Source: a virus
Length of the DNA: 32,308 nt
Virus record (IMG/VR): IMGVR_UViG_3300021254_000013
Coordinates: 1-32,308 of that record
Strand: one strand, 5' to 3'
Made by a program: the position numbers and the translations under genes. The notes under the pieces are model-generated. The model was not told where the DNA came from. It was given only the letters and a program-made list of their open reading frames with translations, and searched no databases. Below are positions 25,382-32,237 of this stretch, one piece after another; the stretch's first letter is position 1; every line of letters starts with the position of its first letter.

Positions 25382-26428
25382 TTAGAAGGGGAGCTCCTCA
25401 TCGTCTTGCTTAGGTTCTTCCTGTTTCTTCGCTTTCTGAGCGAACTCGTTGTTGGTGGCCTTGGGTTGCTCGAAGTCGGCGACTTTAGGAGAGGCGATGG
25501 ATGCAACTTCCTTGTCGATTCTCTTGGGTGTTTCTTCATCGGCTTTGTTTTGAGACAAGTCGATGATGGTTCCTTCATCTTCGTTCCTGGCGATGTCGTT
25601 GACTGCATCGGCGATGATGGTTGTCTTGTAGTCTTTGGGATAATTTTTGAGGACGTTGTTCTTCATTTTTCTGACAATCATCAATTCTCTGGAAGAAGGA
25701 CTTCTCCACGCAGGGGAGACCTTTCCTCTTGTGCAGATGGAAGTGTCGTCAAGAATCTCATCCAAGGTCTTGTTCTCGCATTCCTTCATGAGTTGATTGT
25801 AGGTGTTCAAGTCTTTATCCATGCCCTTTGTGAGGTTGTTCTGAATGTGAGCGAGGAGGTTGTTCTTGACATCATCTCTGGAAGAGAACAGCCATTGCCA
25901 GGAGCCATCATTCTTCTCGATTCCGTAGACAACGAGAACGACTTTGCCATGGGGTGGGAAGGCAGGAGTCCATTCAGGGGGATTTCCACCATTGCCTTTG
26001 AAAGTAGGCATCTTGAAGTCATCTCCTTCGCGAACGAGCCAAGGTTCAGAGATTGACTTGACTCCTCTTCCGAACTTCTCGGTCAAGGTTCTCCATCCTT
26101 CGCCCTGGGGAGCAATTGTCATTTTGTCGCCCTTGATGGCAAGGTAGCCTTCGGAAGGATAACTGGCGAGGTTAATTTCCATTAGTGCGACTTGAGTCAA
26201 GGTTTGAGAGATTGAACTCTGGTCAAGTTCCTCGAACTTGTGAATGTTCTTGTTTGCGTTGATGGTGTCTTGCATTTTTTGGATGGCGAGAATGACGCAC
26301 TGTTTTTGATAGTTTGTCATGTCGATTCCGGAGTTCTTGAGAGAGCTCGCGATGGACGCGACATAAGTGTCTTGGACTTTTTGAAGACCGGATTTGAAGA
26401 CCGGTGCTGGGGTTAATTGTTCAGCCAT
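25382..26428 (-). CDS. recT: RecT-like single-strand annealing protein (348 aa)
   Basis: The family pattern A..M.INLAS.PSEGYLAIKGDKM.I.PQ.EG.....EKFGRGVKSI...LVREGDDF matches the RecT core. The acidic C-terminal tail also fits. Confidence 0.7.
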   Translation of the reverse strand: MAEQLTPAPVFKSGLQKVQDTYVASIASSLKNSGIDMTNYQKQCVILAIQKMQDTINANKNIHKFEELDQSSISQTLTQVALMEINLASYPSEGYLAIKGDKMTIAPQGEGWRTLTEKFGRGVKSISEPWLVREGDDFKMPTFKGNGGNPPEWTPAFPPHGKVVLVVYGIEKNDGSWQWLFSSRDDVKNNLLAHIQNNLTKGMDKDLNTYNQLMKECENKTLDEILDDTSICTRGKVSPAWRSPSSRELMIVRKMKNNVLKNYPKDYKTTIIADAVNDIARNEDEGTIIDLSQNKADEETPKRIDKEVASIASPKVADFEQPKATNNEFAQKAKKQEEPKQDDEELPF

Positions 26429-26451
26429 TTTGTTTCTTTTCCTTTCTGCTT

Positions 26452-28497
26452 TTATAAAGCGACTACTTGTGGCTTTTCGAAGTCATCGCGAACAATGGTT
26501 GTGATGACTTGGGAAGTGGTGTCAATTTCTTTGATTGACTGAGAATCGAGTGTCTCGCCTTCATCGAAGATAATCGGGATTTGTGGAAGTTCGAGCGCTT
26601 TTCGAATGTCTTCAATTATGGCGATTCCGGTTAAGATTCTTTCTGAGTTTGAACCATGCTCGAAGGGGGTTTCTTTGCCCTTGATGAGCGGATAGCAGAC
26701 TTGATTGAAGGAGCCTTCCTTGATGTTGTTCTCGAAGAGGACAAAGTCGATGTCTGGGAACACTTTCTTGGTGGAATCCTTAATCATCTCGAGCTTAGTG
26801 ATGGAGAAGGCTTTTGCCAGGATTTGCTTTTGCTCGCATTCGCCAAGGTGCTTGTTGAGTTTCTTTCTCTCTTCAATGCACTTGTTCTTGTCCGCGTTGG
26901 CGCTGTTCCAGAAGACTCTCTTCATGAGTGTGCTTTCGGTGCTCTGGAGCTCTTCTGCAACGCTTGCCTTATAAGATGCCACTCTATCTTCAATTGAGTG
27001 TTCTTGAGCGGATTTGGCGGTGTTTGCTTCATCCAGGAGCTTGTCGGCCAAGGCTTTGACTTCTTCCAGTTCTTGTTGGTGAGAATTGGCCTTCTTTGTG
27101 ATGGAGTTGAGAAGTTGTTCCTTTTGGTTCTTCTGCTGTGTGAGCTTGGAGATTTCGAGTTCCATCGCGTCCACATCCACGAAGGTGTTGTTGCTCGCTT
27201 TGTTCTTGAGTTCTTCGAGTTCCGCGTTCAATCGACTCATCTCGGTGTTGTTAGCTGTTCCCTGTTCCTGGATGCGTTGAAGTCTCTTTGCCTTGTCGGA
27301 TTCGAAGTCGGCTCTCGCCTTGTCTTTGATTTCTTGATTCAAGACACATCCGCATTGAGGACAGACCACATCCGTGATGGAATCTTCTTCAAACTGGCTT
27401 GCTTTGATTGCCTTGTAGTTGGCGAGAAGGGTGTTTCTTCTGGACTCGCATTCTAGGATTTGAGCTTCGATTTGTTTCATCTTTCTTCTTAACTCTTCTT
27501 CGGCGTTTTTGCCTTCATCAATCAGCTTTCTTTGGCTTTCGATTTTGCCTTGAAGAGTAGAGATTTCGTAGCGGATGCCATTCTTCTCGTTGAGGAAGGC
27601 GGTGTTGTTGGTTTCCTCTTCATGGAACCATGCAGTCTTGACTTCCTGGAGTTGATTCCTTGCGTTTTCATATCTCTTCCAGGCTTCTTCGTATTCGACC
27701 GAAGAGTTAGGTGTATTTTGTAAGTCGTAAATCGCCTTGTTGATGCGGTTCTTGGTTTGCTGGGCTTGGAAGAGTTCATCATCGGTCACTTCGTTTTCGC
27801 CCATCTTCGCTGTCGCGTTCTCGAGAAGGGTTTCCTGCTTTGCGAGTTCTTCCTTGTCCTTCTTGATGTCATTTGCGTATTTCTTCAAGAGGTAGTCGGT
27901 TCTCCCGTTTTGAAGTTCCAAGTCGGTGGAGATGGGAATATATTGAGGATAAGCGTTGAAGACATCGGAATCCTTAACTTCCTTGACCAGTGAGAAGATG
28001 AACTCTCTCGCTTTCTTGTAGTCGACTTGTGCGAACAAATAGAGTGGATTCAAGAGAGCGGATGCAAGGTCGATTTGATATTCGTTTGCGAGTGTTTTGG
28101 AATTGAGCAGTTTCTCATTGATGATTTGTTTTGCTTCGGAGATTTTGGCGATAGGAGTTCCGTTGATGGAATAGGTGGTTTCATGTCCTTGAAGTGTTTC
28201 TTCGTTCTCCTTGCCTCTGGTCTTGACCCATTTCTCTTTGTATGTCTTCTTGATGACATCTCCAGTGTCGGTTGTGATTTCCACGCTTGCGGTGGCTCTG
28301 GGTTCGTCCTGGGAGATGATGGTGTCGACTTCGTTCGAGCCATCAATAAGGGTGTCAGTTAATAACCAGTAAATGGCTTGGATTGTGTTCGTTTTACCGA
28401 TGTGGTTCTTTCCCACGATGGCGGTTCTTTGTGTCAAGTCGAACTCACTTGACTTGATGTTTCTAAAGTTTTCAATTTTTACATTTGTGATTTTCAT
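26452..28497 (-). CDS. Rad50/SbcC-like ABC ATPase with a central CxxC hook (681 aa)
   Basis: The ATG at 28497 follows aaaggaaaaagaaca. Walker A GKNHIGKT, long coiled coils, CPQCGC near the midpoint (27346..27363), a signature-like GSNSERILTG and Walker B IPIIFDEGE. Confidence 0.8.
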   Translation of the reverse strand: MKITNVKIENFRNIKSSEFDLTQRTAIVGKNHIGKTNTIQAIYWLLTDTLIDGSNEVDTIISQDEPRATASVEITTDTGDVIKKTYKEKWVKTRGKENEETLQGHETTYSINGTPIAKISEAKQIINEKLLNSKTLANEYQIDLASALLNPLYLFAQVDYKKAREFIFSLVKEVKDSDVFNAYPQYIPISTDLELQNGRTDYLLKKYANDIKKDKEELAKQETLLENATAKMGENEVTDDELFQAQQTKNRINKAIYDLQNTPNSSVEYEEAWKRYENARNQLQEVKTAWFHEEETNNTAFLNEKNGIRYEISTLQGKIESQRKLIDEGKNAEEELRRKMKQIEAQILECESRRNTLLANYKAIKASQFEEDSITDVVCPQCGCVLNQEIKDKARADFESDKAKRLQRIQEQGTANNTEMSRLNAELEELKNKASNNTFVDVDAMELEISKLTQQKNQKEQLLNSITKKANSHQQELEEVKALADKLLDEANTAKSAQEHSIEDRVASYKASVAEELQSTESTLMKRVFWNSANADKNKCIEERKKLNKHLGECEQKQILAKAFSITKLEMIKDSTKKVFPDIDFVLFENNIKEGSFNQVCYPLIKGKETPFEHGSNSERILTGIAIIEDIRKALELPQIPIIFDEGETLDSQSIKEIDTTSQVITTIVRDDFEKPQVVAL

Positions 28498-28513
28498 TGT
28501 TCTTTTTCCTTTT

Positions 28514-28720
28514 CTAGAAATTAAGAGCCACGACCTCGGTGTCTTCGTCCAACCAGACGGAGTGATGGAGAATGACTGGCACTCCATGAAGGCTCACTTC
28601 TTCATCGCATAGACACAAGATTTTTCTTCCCTTTTGGTTCGTGCTTTTATGCCATTTAAGAGGAAGCTGTTCACTCATTTCTCGGAAGGATGCTTCCTGA
28701 GGGATGTCTTTTAATTTCAT
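28514..28720 (-). CDS. Hypothetical protein (68 aa)
   Basis: ORF track. RBS aaaggaaagaaaaag. Confidence 0.55.
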   Translation of the reverse strand: MKLKDIPQEASFREMSEQLPLKWHKSTNQKGRKILCLCDEEVSLHGVPVILHHSVWLDEDTEVVALNF

Positions 28721-28740
28721 CTTTTTCTTTCCTTTCTGTA

Positions 28741-29145
28741 TTAGATTCTTTTCACGACTTCATCAACTGAGTCAGGAGTCATGTCGTAGTAGATGTTGGA
28801 GATGTCGTTGTTGGACTGGTCGCCATCAAAGTGACCCACTTTGGATGGCTTGATTTCTATTAAGGATGGGAAGATTGCCCTTGCCATCAACGTGTCAATG
28901 TAGAACCTTCTTGTGGCTCCGTTGACATGAATCTTGACGGATGGTCTTTTTCTTCTTGGGGTGCTCTTGGATGTGGTCATCTTGGTCATCTTCCGACTCT
29001 TCTTGTCTTGCCTGTAAACATTGCCGATATAGTCGACAAAGTAGCGAGCACTTCTTGTGGAGAAAAGTCGGAAGAGTTGGTCGGTCTTATACTCATGATT
29101 CTTGAGATAAGCCACTCTCTTGCCTTGGTAGAGTTTGAAGTTCAT
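28741..29145 (-). CDS. NUMOD4/HNH_3-like homing-endonuclease-like protein (134 aa)
   Basis: YFVDYIGNVYR...VKIHVNGATRRFYIDTLMARAIFP...VGHFDGDQSNNDISNIYY resembles the HNH_3 pattern (vdHiDGnk.NN...NL). Confidence 0.5.
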   Translation of the reverse strand: MNFKLYQGKRVAYLKNHEYKTDQLFRLFSTRSARYFVDYIGNVYRQDKKSRKMTKMTTSKSTPRRKRPSVKIHVNGATRRFYIDTLMARAIFPSLIEIKPSKVGHFDGDQSNNDISNIYYDMTPDSVDEVVKRI

Positions 29146-29402
29146 TTGCCACGCTCCTTGACTGCTTTGTCGAGGTCAAAAAGGAACACTCGGCGACAAT
29201 AGGATTTGACCATCTCTGACGGCACTCCCCTGACTCCTGGGTTCACGTAGTTGTTCTCCTGAAGCATATTGAGGTAATTTTTGCGAAGTTCTTGGAAAGT
29301 GTGGATTGATGCCTTTTCCGTGACTCCGAAGGTGGTCAAGATGAGAACTATCTCTTTGCGACCCCAGAAGACTTTGTTGAAGATTGATTTAATTTCTTCC
29401 AT
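29142..29402 (-). CDS. Hypothetical protein (86 aa), second gene of the early operon
   Basis: ORF track. RBS aaggagagaacaacaa. Confidence 0.6.
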   Translation of the reverse strand: MEEIKSIFNKVFWGRKEIVLILTTFGVTEKASIHTFQELRKNYLNMLQENNYVNPGVRGVPSEMVKSYCRRVFLFDLDKAVKERGK

Positions 29403-29472
29403 TTGTTGTTCTCTCCTTGTTCATTTTGGGTTAACTTCTTGTTAATAAATCGTTCACTTTTTCGGACACTTT

Positions 29473-29670
29473 TTAGAAAAAAATGTCGGCGATTTCAGCT
29501 TTCGATAATTTCATGAAGTCTCCCATGACAGAGATTTCTTTTCGAGAAAACTCATATTTGCCATTTAATTTGGCGGAGAAGGTAGAAGGAGAGACCTTCA
29601 AAGTTTCGGCCATTTCTTTATTTGTGATGCCGAGTTCTCTCATTTTGCCTTTGAGTTTGTTCAATGCCAT
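29473..29670 (-). CDS. Cro-like HTH regulator (65 aa)
   Basis: HTH ITNKEMAETLKVSPSTFSAKLNG. Divergent from the CI-like gene and first gene of the early operon. Confidence 0.75.
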   Translation of the reverse strand: MALNKLKGKMRELGITNKEMAETLKVSPSTFSAKLNGKYEFSRKEISVMGDFMKLSKAEIADIFF

Positions 29671-29686
29671 GCTTATATGCTCCTTT

Positions 29687-29706
29687 CTGTCCGTTGTTTC
29701 GGACAG
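29687..29706. promoter_or_regulatory. Operator palindrome CTGTCCG-ttgttt-CGGACAG
   Basis: Perfect 7-6-7 inverted repeat over the predicted +1 of the cro promoter. A further TGTCCG half-site lies at 29724..29729 in the promoter spacer, and a CGGACA at 29463..29468. Confidence 0.6.
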
Positions 29707-29710
29707 TTTA

Positions 29711-29738
29711 ATTTTACCACGCTTGTCCGATTTGTCAA
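29711..29738 (-). promoter_or_regulatory. Early (cro) promoter: TTGACA - 16 nt - TGgTAAAAT
   Basis: On the minus strand the -35 ttgaca is 29738..29733, and the extended -10 tggtaaaat is 29719..29711. Confidence 0.65.
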
Positions 29739-29790
29739 TTAAAAAGTTTTAAATCTCGCATTTTTTATTTTAAAAATCGCACGAGCCATT

Positions 29791-29796
29791 TATAAT
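29791..29796 (+). promoter_or_regulatory. Candidate -10 (TATAAT) of the repressor promoter
   Basis: A perfect TATAAT lies 21 nt upstream of the ATG at 29817. The -35 is poor. Confidence 0.35.
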
Positions 29797-29816
29797 ATAG
29801 TTGGAGGTGCAATGTC

Positions 29817-30164
29817 ATGAACTTGGAAGAAATGAAAACTTGTTCCCAGCGCATCAAGGCTCTAAGAGAAGAGAGAGACATGTCTTTGAGACAATTCGCC
29901 GAGCTCCTTGATGTTAAGAAGTCGACCCTTTATGACTGGGAGAATGGTCATGTTGAATCAATGAAGACCTCATCCATTAAAAAGATTGCGGACATGTGTC
30001 TGGTCTCCCCTTTGTGGGTTATGGGATACGATGTGCCAAAGGAAAGAGAAACGAAAGAACACGAAGGTCTCAGGAAGAAGATTGAGGATGAGATGCTCTC
30101 CATGTCGATGGAAGACCTCATCAACTTGGAGAAGTTCATCCACACATTTATAAATAAGGAGTGA
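29817..30164 (+). CDS. CI-like XRE-family repressor (115 aa), no peptidase domain
   Basis: HTH MSLRQFAELLDVKKSTLYDWENG. Divergent from cro and upstream of int. RBS ggaggtg. Confidence 0.8.
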   Translation: MNLEEMKTCSQRIKALREERDMSLRQFAELLDVKKSTLYDWENGHVESMKTSSIKKIADMCLVSPLWVMGYDVPKERETKEHEGLRKKIEDEMLSMSMEDLINLEKFIHTFINKE

Positions 30165-30170
30165 GCACGC

Positions 30171-31325
30171 ATGAGTTATAAGAAAATAAATGGAAAATAT
30201 CGAATCACGATTTCATATCCATTGAGCAACGGAAAATATGGGCGACTTTATGCGAGCGCAGAAACGCTCAAAGAGGCGAAAGAGAAAGAAGCCCTCATGA
30301 CTGCTCAAGTAAAGGGTCAGAAGCCTTCAGTGGCGACTTTTGGAGCCCTCTCGGAGCTTTATCTTGAGAGCTGTGTGGGAAAGCTCCGAACCACCACAAT
30401 TCAACAATATCGGAACTCATTGAAACATCATGTTCTCCCTTACTTCAAAGACTCGGTCTTCATCAAGATTTCGATTGAAGAGCTTCGAAGATGGAGAGCC
30501 AGTGAGATTGAGAAGGGTTATTCTCTGGAGACCTTATCCAAGGGAAAGAAAGCCATCAACTGCGTTGTTGCCTTTGCTCAAAGAGAGTATGACTTGACGA
30601 ACAACGCATTCCATAAGCTTGAACCATTCAGAAGGAATCCGGATGAAGTCGAAGAAGAAGGGATTCGGTTCTGGACGCTCCCTCAGTTCCAAGAGTTCGA
30701 GAGAACAATCAAAGCCGAACTCGAGAGAACTGACCCATGGTCTCCTAAGTATATCGGACTCTCTTCCACGTATGCTTTGTGCGCCATCTGCTTTTTTGCC
30801 GGTCTTAGAAGAGGCGAAGCGAACGCTCTCAAGGTCGAGGACTACCACGACAATGGAGTCCACCCCTTCCTTGATGTCAAGCGCTCCGTTGCTCAAAAAG
30901 CCGGAAAGGGAATCGGCTATCTCGTGACCCCACCGAAGAGCAAACGCTCCGTGAGGAAGGTTCCTGTTCCTTACGCTCTGGAAGCCATCCTTCGTGACCA
31001 CTTGCGTGTTCTCGCTCGCGTTCCTGGGTTCTCCCCTTCCTTCTGGTTAGTTGGCGGATATAAAATCACTCCAGACGAAACCATCAACGTGAACTTCAGG
31101 CGCTTGGCCGACAAAGCCGACCTTCCACCCATCACGATTCACGAGTTGCGTCACTCTTATGCCACGATGCTATATAACAGCGGAGCTTCTTTGGCAGTCA
31201 TAGCCAAGTTGATGGGTCATACTATAACCAAGGTCACGGAGCTCTATTCTCACACTTATGATGAGACTCTCGACAATGCAGTTGCTCTCCTGGATAAGCT
31301 CGAGAACAGCGCACTTCATCGTTAA
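30171..31325 (+). CDS. int: Tyrosine integrase (384 aa)
   Basis: AGLRRGEANAL (box I Arg), HELRHSYAT (H-x-x-R) and GHTITKVTELYSH (catalytic Tyr region). Confidence 0.9.
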   Translation: MSYKKINGKYRITISYPLSNGKYGRLYASAETLKEAKEKEALMTAQVKGQKPSVATFGALSELYLESCVGKLRTTTIQQYRNSLKHHVLPYFKDSVFIKISIEELRRWRASEIEKGYSLETLSKGKKAINCVVAFAQREYDLTNNAFHKLEPFRRNPDEVEEEGIRFWTLPQFQEFERTIKAELERTDPWSPKYIGLSSTYALCAICFFAGLRRGEANALKVEDYHDNGVHPFLDVKRSVAQKAGKGIGYLVTPPKSKRSVRKVPVPYALEAILRDHLRVLARVPGFSPSFWLVGGYKITPDETINVNFRRLADKADLPPITIHELRHSYATMLYNSGASLAVIAKLMGHTITKVTELYSHTYDETLDNAVALLDKLENSALHR

Positions 31326-31330
31326 TAAAA

Positions 31331-31376
31331 GAGGGCTACTTGAGTATATACTTAAGTATATTCAAGAGCCCTTTTT
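31331..31376 (+). terminator. Terminator-like hairpin after int
   Basis: agggct (31332..31337) pairs with agccct (31367..31372). The inner palindrome is atatacttaagtatat. Followed by ttttt. Confidence 0.6.
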
Positions 31377-31379
31377 CGA

Positions 31380-31640
31380 TGGAAAAACTGACCGAAAAAA
31401 AAACGAAAAAATTATAAAAAACGAAAAAAAACCGAAAATATTTTAAGACTTTTTTAAGCTATAAGTCACACTAAATCACACAAAAAGCCCATAAACACGA
31501 TACTTTTTCGCTTTTTGTCACATTTGCTCATTTGTTTTTTTCAGCCTCTTCAGCTCCACCATATCGCCAAAAAACGCCCATTTTATGGGCTTTTTTTAAT
31601 TCTCGACCGAAAATAAAACGAAAATATTTTTAATTTTTTT
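31380..31640. other. Putative attP region with repeated A-rich arm-type motifs
   Basis: Lies downstream of int. ACCGAAAATATTTTAA (31431) matches ACGAAAATATTTTTAA (31618), and GACCGAAAA occurs at 31390 and 31605, all flanking a ~150-bp centre. Confidence 0.4.
31569..31597. terminator. Bidirectional terminator inside the att region
   Basis: aaaaaa-c-GCCCAT-ttt-ATGGGC-ttttttt. Confidence 0.7.
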
Positions 31641-31649
31641 ATTTTTTTG

Positions 31650-31678
31650 TTGCATAGTGTCCTACACTAGTTTATAAT
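31650..31678 (+). promoter_or_regulatory. Near-consensus sigma70 promoter of the accessory operon: TTGCAT - 17 nt - TATAAT
   Basis: -35 at 31650..31655 and -10 at 31673..31678. The palindrome TAGTGT-cct-ACACTA (31655..31669) sits in the spacer, and a third half-site TAGTGTC lies at 31678..31684. Confidence 0.7.
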
Positions 31679-31724
31679 AGTGTCAGAAGCAAAGAAATGA
31701 ACGCTTCGGAACAGGAGACCTTAA

Positions 31725-31961
31725 ATGACCACAAAGAGCATTTACAACAAAATTGAAGCCATCGTCGAAGCCATCGACGAACTCAAGGAAGAACTCGAAG
31801 ACAAGAAGACAGCAATCGAGGACAAAGCAGCCGAGCACGACAGAGACCTGACTGACAAAGAACAAGAGCGCTGGGATGACCTAGACGAACAAATCAACGC
31901 CCTTGACGATTGCATCGACAATCTGCAAAGCGCACAATCCGACATCGAAAACTGGGCATAA
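31725..31961 (+). CDS. Hyper-acidic helical protein (78 aa; 25 D/E, 9 K/R)
   Basis: ORF track. RBS caggagacc. First gene after the promoter. Confidence 0.7.
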   Translation: MTTKSIYNKIEAIVEAIDELKEELEDKKTAIEDKAAEHDRDLTDKEQERWDDLDEQINALDDCIDNLQSAQSDIENWA

Positions 31962-31973
31962 GCCAAAGGGTTC

Positions 31974-31996
31974 CAGGGCTCCCACCAAAAGCCCTG
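31974..31996 (+). other. Intergenic stem-loop CAGGGCT-cccaccaaa-AGCCCTG
   Basis: 7-bp perfect stem and 9-nt loop, with no T-run. Related to the stem-loop at 62..82. Confidence 0.4.
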
Positions 31997-32018
31997 AGAA
32001 ATGAAAGAGGAAAGAAAA

Positions 32019-32237
32019 ATGACAAAGAAAGAAATCATCAAGGAAATCGGACTCGATAACTACTACGGAGCAAAGCAAGGAATTGCTGACATAGCTTTGT
32101 TTAGTTGTAGCAAGGAACTCTTGGAGACTGCTCTCATCACTTGGAAATCCAATCCAACATCACAAACAAGAGAGTTTATTGGAAGAGTTCTGACAGGAAT
32201 CTTCAAATACAACTGCGCAGTCAACGAAATCAAGTAA
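32019..32237 (+). CDS. Hypothetical small protein (72 aa; alternative start 32001)
   Basis: The ATG at 32019 follows aaagaggaaagaaaa. The N-terminus is MTKKEIIKEI. Its 3' end lies in the terminal repeat. Confidence 0.6.
   Translation: MTKKEIIKEIGLDNYYGAKQGIADIALFSCSKELLETALITWKSNPTSQTREFIGRVLTGIFKYNCAVNEIK

Noticed and set aside
31540-31565. cagctccacca in the att region looked like a tRNA 3' end (acceptor stem plus CCA) that could mark a tRNA-derived att core.
   Set aside because: There is no T-arm (GGTTCGAATCC-like) or complementary acceptor sequence upstream. The match is too short to mean anything.
32019-32050. The shared N-terminus MTKKE(I/M)IKE(I/L) of 32019..32237 and 148..357 as evidence of gene duplication.
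   Set aside because: Similarity is confined to about 10 residues (27 nt) and the rest of the two proteins does not align by eye. It is noted in the stem-loop finding but is too weak to call paralogy.
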